A stretch of DNA of 63,572 nt, the filler included, from Hausera hauseri (lineage: Eukaryota): assembly GCA_046269625.1 (NCBI GenBank). It is 12 parts of 12 records of this genome, joined end to end, with 100 filler letters (N's around TTAATTAATTAA, not from the genome) between each part and the next. Parts side by side here need not be neighbours in the genome. Positions count along the whole stretch, not along the records: positions 22,430 to 26,390 come from JBJURY010856189.1; positions 26,491 to 31,120 come from JBJURY010496575.1; positions 31,221 to 38,146 come from JBJURY010051219.1; 9 more parts are not named here. One strand, written 5' to 3'. Positions within the stretch are counted from its first letter, which is position 1, and each line of letters starts with the position of its first letter. Positions 23,951 through 36,802 of the stretch are shown here, piece after piece. Position numbers and translations under genes: made by a program. Under the pieces are notes generated by a model. The model did not search any database. It was not told where the DNA came from and saw nothing but the letters and a program-made list of their open reading frames with translations.

Positions 23951-24599
23951 GTGTCATCGATACCATCCAATACAACGACCATCGGTATCGATAATCAGGA
24001 CGATTCCTTTTTGCAGCCGCGGAGGGTTCTCAATTTGATATTTCCACGACCGTATGGTGTTAGTAATTTGTTCTTATTGAATGCTATATCGACAGTCTAC
24101 GCTAAATTGCTGAAGGGAAATTCGGATATCCCGCATTTCGTTGCCCGCCCGCCGAGGTGGAGATTACGACCGCCAACCTTGCACCGGTCGGTCGGATAGC
24201 ACTTTCAATGTCGGCCCTAAATCATGCCCCCAGACTTACCAGTCCCTTCACCTCCATTCTCTTTATAATAACATTCACATATATACCCTCCATACTACAC
24301 ACCCGCATATCCCCACCTTTTAGACCCACCTTTCTTCTATCCTTGGTTTTTCTGACTTCTATCTTAGCCATCACGGTACCATCATACATCTTAACGACAA
24401 CTTTACCTTCCTTTTCAAATCACGCTTGCTTCAATATACATCTTCATATCCGTGGTGGAATGAATTTCCCACCAACTATCGACACCACGGATACAACCAC
24501 CACAAAAAGGCCAATACCCATTCTCTACTACTCCAAACCAAACCATCCACTTTCTTCAATCAATGAAAATCCCCAAAAACATCCTACCAATACTCCATG

Positions 24600-25950
24600 C
24601 TGCACTAAATACTTCATAGATATTGAAAAGTCCAGTAAAACGTGACTTCACTTTCATCAACTCTGGCTACAGTCTAATTGTATCACAGATTCCTTATCTA
24701 AAGCCCACAGCTTATTCAATCTTCTTTCAAACGCCATAAAAGCCTCAGTCCACAACGTACTAGACATCTTCCAACACTCTGACCCTTATACTCAATTATT
24801 CGACTCTGTATTAAAACAGACCAAACCTTCAACTGATTCCATAATGCAGCGTTTCTTTAACGAAAATGCACTGGGGACACAAAAACCCAGTGACTTCTTA
24901 CGCACCTCATTACCACACTTGCGTACTCTTGGAGTAACTAAGGAACATAACCCGGATCTTCTACGACATTATTTTCAGAATGCTTTACCTACTCAAATCC
25001 GGGTCCTTCTTACCGTGGCAGGAGACTCCACGCAGCTTGAAAAATTGGCCGAATTGGTCTACAGGACATACGATGTCCTACACATAAATTCGAAACCCGT
25101 AGTTTCAGCAGCAGTTGCCGCTAACGACGTACAAACAACTAACACGCCCATAGAACAGCAGCTAAATCAGCTACGTACTGAAAATATTGCATTTCAGGCA
25201 ACTATAAACAACATAAATAATAAATTAAATGTATTGTCTTTGTTCAGACGAGGGGGTTTTGCCGCTTTCCGTACCCGTTCTACGTCATGAAACCTCTCAC
25301 TATTGCCTGCGCGTTCGTCGATTTGCAACTATCACAGCAGATTTAACACAAATGCTCAGAAATGCTGCCTGGATTGCCAATTTTGCAACCAGAAGTTTCC
25401 CCCGGACACCGTTGTTTGCATTTATCACGCGATATTCAAAAATCAATCACGTAAATGTATCCCTGGCTGTACCTTCAAATCCAACACAAAGGACGGACAT
25501 ACTGCCTTCACTTCTTACAGTCGTCCTAGTTTACCTTTCCAAAAAAACTAACTTTGCCGCCAGAGGTCACGGCAAACTCTGGCAAAGGCACTCTTTCACA
25601 TGCTAACCGCCAACACATGTCTTTCGCAGTCTTCACGCTAAAGGCTGCAATCACTGGCCCTACAACTCAATCTCTTTACTTCCATATTGATAAAAGGGCA
25701 GCAATTTCTCTATTACCGCAAACCTTTCCTACACAAAATTCTCCATTCAAACTTAAGTCTTTATATACTGCTTCAGGCCAGCCGCTGCACATCTCGGGCA
25801 CGGCTGCACTGTCTTTTACATTACCAAATTTCTCTACATCTTTCCGCTGGACGTTTACAGTCGCTAACGTCCAATAGGCAATCCTAGGATCTGAGTTTCT
25901 CTCACACTATAACCTACTGGTTGACTGCAGCCAGCGATGTTTGAGAAAAG
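24600..25950 (+). mobile_element. Degraded Gypsy gag-protease, CsRn1/Kabuki-like
   Basis: LGTQKPSDFLR gag motif, two CHCC-type knuckles (CNYHSRFNTNAQKCCLDC; CIYHAIFKNQSRKCIPGC), decayed protease HIDKRAAISLLP and ILGSEFLSHYNLLVDC. Confidence 0.8.
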
Positions 25951-26673
25951 GCACCGTTGGCGACATTTCTGGTCATGTAAATAGCGTTTCGACTACCGCG
26001 CAGTCGACCGTGGGGCGGAAGTCAATCTTAAGAAAGTCTGCGAATAATTCGATTTTTTATACCAATAATTCAAATTTTCATAATAATAATTCAATTCGGA
26101 AATTTTAAAAAAATAACACTAATATATGATCGAGATTTAATGTCGACAATTGTGGTACTGCTACCAACGTTCACTCATTCAAGAAAAATACTTCAGCCAA
26201 CACTATTTTAAATTCAACAATCTTGCACCAAATACCACTTGACAGCACATCATCTAACAACTCGCAAATTGCATCCGCTACTGCTCAAGCCGTTTCACCA
26301 CTTTCACCGAATCTCACAGCTACCTACAACTTTACAACAGTTCATCAACACATCTTGTCCACGCGTACTCAAAAAAGACCGTACTTTTACNNNNNNNNNN
26401 NNNNNNNNNNNNNNNNNNNNNNNNNNNNNNNNNNTTAATTAATTAANNNNNNNNNNNNNNNNNNNNNNNNNNNNNNNNNNNNNNNNNNNNCACTGGATAG
26501 CAGTACATGTACTACCAAATCATATGTATTATCCATCATCATTGGTGACGAAATTGGAACGTATGCGGCAACCCGTCACATACAATGACATTATGTATCA
26601 ACATCCATTGACATTTCAATTTATATAAAATTGTTATAAACGTTGTTGTTGTGTTAATAAATGTTATGAAATA

Positions 26674-27140
26674 ATGGCTGTCTTCTTTATTGACTTGGAG
26701 GGATTTGTGAATAATAATAATGAATGCATTATAAAGGAGCTGTGTATAATGCCGTGGATAATATGTTTAATTCACTACATTATGTATTTGCGTAAGTGAA
26801 TTTTAGTATAGTACATGCAGTATATGCTATTTTAGACCTACAATGCATTGGTGCACAAACAAGACACAAGCAACAAATACCTATTTGACGCAACATCATC
26901 ACAAACTGATGTGGGAAGAATATATTACCCAATTTTGTAAAGATTGCCTCATGCGAGACATTGACACTGTGTGATATACGTAAGGCTACGGTCTACGTCA
27001 AGAATCATGCTGATGGGCGAAAGAAGATATTTAACATTACATTTCCAGAATTACGAATATGTGCATATGAATGTACAAAATTGGTAACTATACCAAAGAA
27101 CATTACTTGTAAGACAACACGATATTTTTACAAGATTTAA
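26674..27140 (+). pseudogene. Polinton-associated exonuclease-like gene with a 44-nt intron
   Basis: MAVFFIDLEGF..IIKEL..HYVFA^PT..TNTYLTQHHHKLMWEE..VYVK; GTAAGT..TTTTAG intron at 26792-26835. Confidence 0.55.
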
Positions 27141-27176
27141 TACAAAAATACAACACTACATAACAAAGATATTTGC

Positions 27177-30100
27177 ATTAATGCAACATGCCCGTGAGGT
27201 AGTGTGTTTATTCCATCACCCATCATCTGCCTTCTATCATCATCAAATCTAGGCTTTTCTTCTGTAATGTTACTGTCTCAATGTCATAAGTCCTAGACTG
27301 GATCCTTCGCATCTCTGATATGATGAGTCTGCTCATGCAGAACTCTCACATAGTCATCGAAGCCAATCTTCTTGGCTCAGGCCGCCCTTTCAACCCCTTT
27401 AGCCCGCTTCCTTACTTGACCATATACATCAATGACATACATTTTGGACCTAAGAGCCACAAATCTCGAGATGATTGCCACATTCATCTCGTCTTTAAAT
27501 TTCCCAAGGACCTTTTGTTGGTAACTGAATAGTTGGGATGCTCCTTCGGATAGTCAGACGCGTCCATATGCTGAGCCAACTTAGCAAAGTCCTCATAAAT
27601 GTCCTCTGTATGGATCTGATAGACGAAACTATCAGCATCCATATACATCAGCTTTATGGACTTGAATGTGGGGACCATGATGATCATGTAAAATTTGTAC
27701 ATCAAGGTCTTTGCCAGGTCCAGTATTGCCATACCCACATATATGGGCTTGTTGAATTGCAAGGATGTTTTCAACATATAGATGCTGACCAAGCTCTTCG
27801 CATATATGTTACTGCTGTGGAAGTTGGGCTTGGCAATGAGCATCTTTGCCCGCTTCCACGCAGAGACTAGTTCGATGTTGATCCTGTTGCGGATGTTTTC
27901 CATGGTCTTGCAAAAAACGCTGTTCTTGTAAAGCTTGAACTGGTCCTTCTGAAAGTCGTTCTTAAAATTTTGTCCGTAGCTTGGTATTGAGATCAATATA
28001 TGGCTGAAGCCAGTTGGACTAGCTGAACTGCAGGGCCCGATGGATCTTCGTAATGCGGAATCCATTTCTTACCGCCTACTGAAGATTTATGCAGTGGACT
28101 ACATACCTCTCCCTATTACCCAGATGACAGAGCAGCTTTCTCTGCTTTCCATGGAGCAAAGGCTTGATCTCAGGGAGGAAAGGCAGCTGTTGATGCCTTG
28201 TGTGGATAGAAGCTGGATATTCTATATCAACCTCCAGTATGCATCCCGCATCTGCAGAGGGATCCAGGTCCGGTATAGGGATGTTTTCAGGATGCTCGAC
28301 CCACTTGAAGTCATCATGTGGCAATGGGGCGCTCATTGCCCATCCATACAAATTGTTGGCATCCAGGTAAGAAATATATGATGACTCCTTTGTTGAGTCG
28401 TATTCAGCCATATACTTGTTGCTGGCCTCACTATACCGGTGAATGGCCTAGCATATTCCGCCTCTAATGCCTCTCTCGATCATAAGGATCATGTCGTAAT
28501 CCTTGATGATCTGCATGATTATATATCTCAGCATAGATGCCCAACGCATCCCTGGAGTCTTAAAAAAATGAGCCGGATCCAATGCATGGCTCTTCATTGT
28601 AACATCCCTGAAACTCTCAAAGACATCCGTCAGAAGCAGCACGTCCGTCGTGAGGTATATGTCGCTGTATTCTCCTAATGTTCGACATTGAACGCATGCC
28701 AGACGTTCTGAGAATGCTGGTAGTCCTCATCACTGATATCGCAATCAGAGGATATTGTAAAAGTCTCTTGGCCGATAATGAGGTCTAATCCAGTGTTTCC
28801 CATGATGTGACAGTCATAGGGAAACACGCCTTTCCTTTTGACGAAGTCAAATGTAGTACGGAAGAACCTCTTCGTCTCCTTGAGTTCTTCTGCAAGAAGG
28901 TTCTTCACTAAACTAACAAGCGAAAACGACATGAATCGGAAACTGTCTACGAAGCGAAGCCTGATTTTCCCAACATGCTTCGTAAATCTGATGTACTTCT
29001 CTACACTGTTGGGGATCACATCAATGTTTCCTTCAATGCTGCCAAGTTCCCGAACAATGAAATGGGAATCATGGCCACTGAGATTGTGGAACATTACAGG
29101 AACATATGTACATGTCTTGCAACGTAGTTTTCAGTTGTTGCATGCCGCGCCTCGATATGTGCCTGTAAAATGGCAATGATCCCTGACTTTATAATTCTCC
29201 TTAGTGAATGATTTGGAGCAAAAGTAACATGCTGTTGCCTTGCGCCATTCTTCTTGTTGCTTCGACATGCTCATTGTATCCTTATGCTGCAGCAGGATAT
29301 CTCCAGGCCTATGAGCCATATCTTCAAGTCATTTCATGAAATGAGCTGCTGCGCCTGGACCTCTGAATAGATATGGTTCACTGTCCAGTCCTTTGGCATA
29401 CATGCAATATGATGAAAGCTCATGATATTGGTAGGCCGTTGTGCTGCTATATTGGGGATTATGACTGCAACTCTACTGGACGCAGAATAGCCTCAAAGTC
29501 CCAAGTGATAACTATTAGGACCTTGATCTTCTTCTCGAACTCCTTGAATTCAATGTAATCCTCCTTGGGAAATTCTGGCCTCATAAAATAATTATTGTTG
29601 CAGTACATCTTGTGCTCTTTCAGCATCAATACAGCTACATCGCCGCTGAAATGGGACAAGCATAGTTTGCATATTTCTATTTGTCCATGATGTTTCGTAA
29701 TTTGTGATCTGACTAGCCGTTCAAAGTCTGATCCAAAGATAATGTTTCTTTTCTCCATCGTCTAGTAGGAGGAGATCCCTATGATCTTCCAATTCAGCAT
29801 CGCATATTTGCAGGGGATAGAATTTGTCCTCCTCATCGAATCCCAAGATATTGATGGACATGTTGTTGACTTTTCCTATTTTTTGACTTCATCTATGGAT
29901 GGAGGGAACTTGATACATTGGAAGTCATAGTTGCGCTGCACATCCTTATATAGCCAAACTCGTGAAGCATGACTTTGATCAGTTACGAGTTTTGATAGAA
30001 CGGCATACATGAAACACATGTTGGCGCTATTATGGACATTGACACATGCTTTTTTATTAACGATCCCATCTAGGAGCATGAAGGAGTACTTGTGAACATA

Positions 30101-30415
30101 CACAAGTAACTTCCTGATGATTGACAGAGTTCAGCCGCTCTTCTTATCTTGGCTCTCCCCGGCTTCACGTACCAGCTTCCCGTGCGCCTCTTGCAGCCAT
30201 TATGCTATATTGGTATTTTCCAATATGGACCTATTTTTTGTCTTAAAGACCCTATTGAATTCTTCGCCATGAACAATGATGTATGTGACCTCCAGTTTCA
30301 TATTGACCTTAATATATTTGAGCTCAGCCATGTGGTCCTGAAGAATTCCCTGTCTCGTCCTTTGTGTATAAGAGGAAGTCTTGGAGGGTTGTTTGACCAG
30401 TTGCATCAATAACAT
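27177..30415 (-). pseudogene. Polinton/Maverick-type protein-primed PolB, degraded
   Basis: CVNVHN..CFMYAVL, WDFEAIL, CYFC..VRDHCHFTGTYRGAACNN, FHNLSGHDSHFI, FVDSFRFM, YLDANNLYGWAM, KNSVFCKTMEN, KPIYVGMAILDLAK, YMDADSF. Confidence 0.92.
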
Positions 30416-32243
30416 CTGCGGAATTTTCTCTTTAATGCTGCCGCATCAACTGGCCGCTGTCTTTGGCTTTTTGATGGAGCATCTGCTGCCCCAGCTGCTA
30501 TGCGTTTTATTCCTGCATCGGGCCTTGCTACCAAAGCAGACTGTACAAGTGGCTGTGTTGCCGAAGCAGGCTGCTGCTCATTAAAGATGACCTTCTTTGA
30601 CTTTGACTTGAAATCTGTCAAATGTGCAATATGATCGAAGATGCAGTATTCTCCATGTATTCTCCATCATATAGAGCCTTACATCCTGGGCAAATATAAT
30701 AGAGGATCCTATTGAATTTGTATCCATAATAGTTCCTCATAGTATTATGACAGTTCTGAGGGTTGTATATTGCACATGTGCAATACATGTATGAACTGCA
30801 TCTTCGATTTTGCTTAGACATGGAAGTCATTATTGACATAGTGGTATAGAATATGTTTTTTCGACTTGGTGAAGGGAATCAGGTGTTGTTTATGCGCATT
30901 TTAAAAGTCTTCATATTTGGTCTAGCAAACTACCTCACATGTAGAGCATATATAATACTCAGCCCTGTTTTATGGATGGCTGAAGTATTTCTGCATAATG
31001 TTATGGCAATTTTTGGACTAGTAAATTTGAGCCAAGCACTGTTTGTATAGATTGCACATCTAAAAATCAATCAATAATTTGAGGAGCACAAATAAAAGTC
31101 TCGCCATTCGTGGAAGCGATNNNNNNNNNNNNNNNNNNNNNNNNNNNNNNNNNNNNNNNNNNNNTTAATTAATTAANNNNNNNNNNNNNNNNNNNNNNNN
31201 NNNNNNNNNNNNNNNNNNNNCTTAGATCTTTACCATCCACGTTTATGTCCTCTAGCATCTTAATAATTTCTTGATGCTTAACTTTGTCAAAAGCCTTAGT
31301 GTAGTCAATAAAACACAAATAAATAAACCTTGCAATAGTGACATTAAATGGTTGTTTCTCATCATAAATGTGTCTTGAAATTACTTAAACTACTTACTGT
31401 GTCTTGTTCTATGACGGAGTATGACTGTTTGAATTTAGAGATTGGGAATTCGAATCACCAAATACTCAAATCTTTCGTTTTCGAAAAGTTGAATCTATTG
31501 TGCCTTTTCCGCATTTCGAATCTCTTGAATCCTAAACATTTTAACTCACAACTTTGGACAGACTTATTAACATCCAACAGAAGCATGCATTAAGCAAAGA
31601 ATGTAACTATTGCATTTGCACTGGAGCATTAATATCACCTCAGGGCGACTCCGAGTGCCACACTGTTTTCGTATGTGGAATTAGCCAGAATGTTCTAGTA
31701 ACTGGTGCACTGCACTGTCTCAAAGTTAACTCTCAAATCGTTTCAACAGTTCTAGTAATAAGACAACTTATTAGGTCATGGATGTCTTTAGAACCCGTGC
31801 TATGGAATATAAAAAATGTGTTGTACAGAAAGACTATCTTGTCTGGCATTACAGCTGGATTAAAAAGAAAGTAGGCTGAACCAGGAACATGTTCAAATGA
31901 AAGGTTTCTGCTTTTTCAAATTGTCCTAAATGTGTTCAGTTTCATTTTTTATGAACCGGCCCTAAATTTATCACGACGTTCGGTAATTTTTTACAACCTT
32001 TACTGCCCTTTAAAATGCAGAACTTAAGTTCACAAATGTGAGGTTTATTTGATTCTAAATCCTTCTATAGGATGCACGGAGGATTCGTACGATAAAATAA
32101 TATGAACTATCCGTTTTGAGAAAATATTTCTGGTTTTGAAATTTCGGGTTTTGTGCAAGATTTAAAGTCATTATATTAAGAACATTATATTGAACTGTGT
32201 CGAGTCATTTAACATTTTGTGGCTTAATACACTTTCTATTTAG

Positions 32244-32514
32244 GGAGAACATACGATTGTTGTTGTAGCAGAAGATCAAGGAACACCAAGTCTCTCGTCA
32301 GAATTATCATTAAAGGTCATTATTGACAATTCAGTACCACAATCATATCGCCCAATAAGTAGTTCATTCTTTCTGTACAACAACAAGCTGGTCATAATCA
32401 TTGTTGTTGTTTCAACAATTCTCGTTTGTGGAATACTTATTTCCGTGATATGTTTGATAACAAACTGCAGAAATCCCCATGGTCGACATGCAGTACGAAT
32501 GCAATATGATGGAG
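32244..32514 (+). CDS. Protocadherin/cadherin exon (end of last cadherin repeat plus TM helix)
   Basis: TAG/GT-bounded exon encoding GEHTIVVVAEDQGTPSLSSELSLKVII..LVIIIVVVSTILVCGILISVICLI; missed by the ORF track. Confidence 0.75.
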
Positions 32515-33708
32515 GTAATTTCATGTTTGTTTACTTTAATTGGATGTTCTGCTTTTATATCATACATACGGTTTAATAGAATTAAAAATGAAAATGCAGT
32601 GTTTTCTAAGTGTAGTATTTTCTTTGAGGAGAGTATTTATTAATCGATAGAAAATGATCGTTCAACCTTAGCAGGCACCAACAATGGCAACTTTATCTCT
32701 AAACGAAACTCACCATTTTCTTGACTAACTGCCTCTAACATGAATTGATTCATGCTGTACATTGTCATTGATTAATAACAAGTTATTTCAGTAGGCCGCA
32801 GATGATTCCGAAAAGAGTAGACAATTTCCAAATTCCACTTCTTAAGAAATAATTATTTATGTTTAAAATATGTGCTGTTCAACTTCTATTGTCTGGCCAT
32901 CAAGTTTGTGGATATTTTCAATGTAAACAGATGGAAATCAGTCCACGAACTTAAGTGCCATAGCATTCAGGTGAAATAAGGTGGTGAATTATTCGGTTTT
33001 CCACATACAAGTGTATGACTCATTTCAAAGTAAAAATATCATTTTGAAGTGTTACTCTGTGTTGAATATAAATAAATGTAAATGATATATTCAGTTGTTA
33101 TGTCACACAAATGCCGTCAATGGTTTCGTGTTGGCTGTCGGCCTTGTTGTGTCCGCATCAGTTTCTTCGGCGATATTTGAAATGAAGTTTAAAAAATGAA
33201 GGAGTGTAATATACTTCTGATTAGTACATTTTATTCTCCATGAAATTCTACACTTGGACGTTATATTTAAAGTTAATTTAAGAAACAATGAAGCTGAGTT
33301 TCAGAGTTTCGTAAAATGGTTTTACTGGCAATTAAGCGTTATAATGTAATGAAAAGTTACGAGGATCAATAAAACAGAAGACAAAGAATATCGCGATTTC
33401 GCTAAATCATTCGTTGCATGAAACAGAAAATTGAAGGCCTTTTTGTGTCAACATAAAAAATATGATTGCTCAAAATATCAAAGTACCTAACGATCATCAA
33501 CTTACTGTTAGGCCACTAGGATTTAAATGCGGAAGAAGCTGTATCAAGATTAGAACGATGACAGAATTAGAAGAGAATAGAGCAATAAGCATAACACTTA
33601 CCGACGTTCAAAAGAAACAAAAGATACCTACAAAATGCCTAATTGACTCACGAGCATCTCCGAGTTTGCTGTAACGCTTTACGATGAAGAACCTACGATT
33701 CAGAATTT

Positions 33709-34425
33709 GTGTTAGTACGAAAGGATTCAGGGAGTATCAAGGCTCTAACCCATCAAGGACCCAGGACATATGCGCAACTCAAAAATGATAGTGAATGTGA
33801 CGACGATGGGCAACCAAGTGTTACGACACCCGTTGTAAAGTCCTCACTATTTAATAAAATAAGAGAAATGACCGTTCTCATTCGACCTCACGCTTCATCT
33901 TATGATCATAAGCGTTCCGTTTTAGAAAATGTTACAATATCTTCCACGTCCACTTCCCTAGTTCTATTTACCCAACCTGACTTAAATTTATATAAAATAA
34001 AACTTATTTGTAAGTTAGGTCAAAAGATTGTAGCAAAATGCATAATCACTCCAGATGATACTATAGTACCATGCGCAGATCTAAATCCAAACACTAAGTA
34101 TACAGTCATATTGCAATTATATAGAGATGATAATACAATAATCTCCACTAAATTATTAACAGCCTTGACAAAGGCTAAAATGCAACAAGTAAAGAATAAA
34201 ATAAGTACCAGCTCAGGCAAAAATCTACCACTACCAAAATCACGTTATACCTACTGCCTGATAGAACTAATACTAATAAGCACAGTATGCCCCATAGTTC
34301 TCCTACTTCTGTTAGCGCTCATTATAAAAATAATCGTTTGTACGCAAAAACGTCGCAAATCAAACTGGGTTAGAATAGACATGCGACGTATACCGAAAAT
34401 CTTGGATACTGATAATCCAAGTTGA
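33709..34425 (+). CDS. Single-pass membrane protein with an FN3-like domain (probably element-borne)
   Basis: NVTISSTSTSLVLF..DLNPNTKYTVILQ (FN3 LxPxTxY motif), TM LILISTVCPIVLLLLLALIIKIIV, basic stop-transfer KRRK. Confidence 0.5.
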   Translation: MLVRKDSGSIKALTHQGPRTYAQLKNDSECDDDGQPSVTTPVVKSSLFNKIREMTVLIRPHASSYDHKRSVLENVTISSTSTSLVLFTQPDLNLYKIKLICKLGQKIVAKCIITPDDTIVPCADLNPNTKYTVILQLYRDDNTIISTKLLTALTKAKMQQVKNKISTSSGKNLPLPKSRYTYCLIELILISTVCPIVLLLLLALIIKIIVCTQKRRKSNWVRIDMRRIPKILDTDNPS

Positions 34426-35120
34426 CGATGACTTCTGTGGATTGTTGTCGACGCAATCCGAAAAATTAAGATAACTGAATATTACTCAATTACCGCAAAA
34501 ACCAATAAGAAATTTAAAATAACAACAATTACCAAATCGAAATATATGATAACCGCTGTACTATATTTAAGATTTTGTCATATGTATATGACATTGATTT
34601 TTATAGTAACGGACATTCAGGCCGTGCAGCGCAGCAAGAATTTTTATGAAAACACCAGAATTCATCTCATAAATGCAAATCCTTCCAACCAATATCATAT
34701 CCGAGTCAATAAAAACACGTACAGTCTCAATTATTCACTAGTTAAGCAGATACCCAACAATCTCAAGGGGTATGCAATTGGAAATCAATCTATGGCATTA
34801 GTCCACATCACAAAGGCCACCTCATTTCCTCTACACGATTTGATCAGTTTCTCGGATAAATTTCTAGTGTTAACATTTACAATATCATTGGCAAGTTCCA
34901 GATAAAGGTCAAGGACATCAAAACAAATCAACAAAGAGACCTAATCAATTTGGACCCAAATCACGGAATGGTGCGCCCATTCGAGGTAATTAAAAGAAAT
35001 ACTCTCAAGATTCGTACTTTAACTAATCGGATCATGCTTGGAGTGGGACTAATAAAAGCTGAACCCATATGGACAACACCTCCCTAAAGAAAATGTTTCA
35101 ACCTGACAAAATCCGATTAT

Positions 35121-35650
35121 TTGAAATATACAGATAAATTATATGGACGGGTGTCAAAGATCTCCGACAAAGACACTGTGGTGGCCGCAGTCAATCTGGC
35201 CTATGACCAAAACAACCAACTCATAGCAATAGAATGTTCAGTAATAAATCTCCAAGGAGACACCTTGTTTCACATCATGATCACTCCTCGACAAAGAGTC
35301 AACAATTTTGACTCCCATATTACCAGGCTCACTGAAAGTAACATTAACAATCAGATGGACGCTAATACATTCTATCAAAAGATCTCAGCCGTCCTGAATA
35401 ACAAGATAGTCGTTGGAGCCGTAGTACTAGAGATGTTACGGAAACATCTCCTCTGTCCGCTGCGTCGAATTATGGAAGTGTGTGATGTGCTTTATCACGA
35501 AGACATAATTCGGACGTACAAATTAAAAACCAAGACTTATTATTGGAGTTGGCAAAGAAGTTCTATGAAATGAAAGGAATGCCATTCCGCAGTATGGCAT
35601 TAGTGCAATGTTATCATGCCTTATATAAAACTCTACGTTGGGACGATGAA
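35121..35650 (+). pseudogene. DEDDh (REX4/ISG20-like) exonuclease-fold remnant
   Basis: ECSVINLQGDTLFHIMITP..VNNFDSHITRLTE..NKIVVG..LLELAKKF; ExoI acidic residues absent; frameshift near 35545. Confidence 0.55.
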
Positions 35651-36652
35651 TTAATAAATGAGACAACGGTTTCCGACAGGGTTCTAACAAGACCAAAAGA
35701 GCCATCCTTTAAGAAACGAAGGATTGAGATAGAAGAAGAAATATTGGTGGACGGCGAAATCTATGTGCCCGATGGCCTTCGATATAAATCCTCGTCAGGA
35801 AAGACTATATTTCGCTTTATGTCGTTAATCAGTAAAAATTCGGGACAATCTTCTTTGAACCCCCATCGGAATTGATTGAATTGTCAGCTAGTACCTGAAA
35901 ATTAAACAAATAAAGATTAAAAACAAACAATGAATACTTCCCAGACAATCTGAATAAACAATCTGAATTCCCGTTGTGATTCTAAAAGTAAAAAAACATT
36001 TAATTTAAGTGATTAAAAATAAACAATGAACATTTACTTGTTGATTTTCGTGATTAAAATGAACTGATTTTGTTATTTTTGAGTCGATTGTGTAAGTTTC
36101 GTTGACGTTGTGATAAGTATAAATATCAGTATGAAAAGACATTAAGACACAATTGTACAACGATTCTTGTATTTGAAACTTTGAAAGTTCTTGTACATTT
36201 TATTCGTTTACGTAAGTTTTGATTATTGTAATTACGGTATCATAATTTTGCTTCCTTATTGACTAAGTTTTTATGTCTAATATTGATTATATACATAATA
36301 TTTTGTTCCTTTCTTATTATATTTTTGTATTTTAATAATAAGTAACTAAATAACATTCTTGAGTAACTGGTTATCAGCCGTCCAGGTCAAATCTACCTGA
36401 CGGCGTCCTGAGTAATACTAACTAAAGACTGTCAAATAAACCGTAGGATCAAGTAATCAACCGCCTTCTCTCGAGCTTGTTATTATTCAACACATTACCT
36501 ATAAGTTAGTGTTAGGTAGGATCAACACCTCTATCTCCCGCTATCCAGAGCATCGATACCTCACAAACTACGTAACCTTGTTCTAATCGCTAATTTGATT
36601 ATCGTCCAATTAATAAGTCTCTCCCAAAGCAAATTAGTGATAGTTGAACAAC

Positions 36653-36668
36653 TGGTGCCGTGACCCGG
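36653..36668 (+). promoter_or_regulatory. Primer binding site complementary to tRNA-His 3' end; LTR ends at ...TTGAACA 36650
   Basis: TGGTGCCGTGACCCGG versus animal tRNA-His complement TGGTGCCGTGACTCGG; 2 nt after CA and ~135 nt before gag. Confidence 0.8.
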
Positions 36669-36802
36669 GACCTCTCGCAATATCTTAAAAGTCTACATTT
36701 GGAAGAATCAAAATTACAACTACGAAAGGCACTAGGTACCAAGAAGATAAGGAGCCTCATTACGGTTTAGAGTATCTGGATAATTTGTCAGAAGAAAGCG
36801 AT

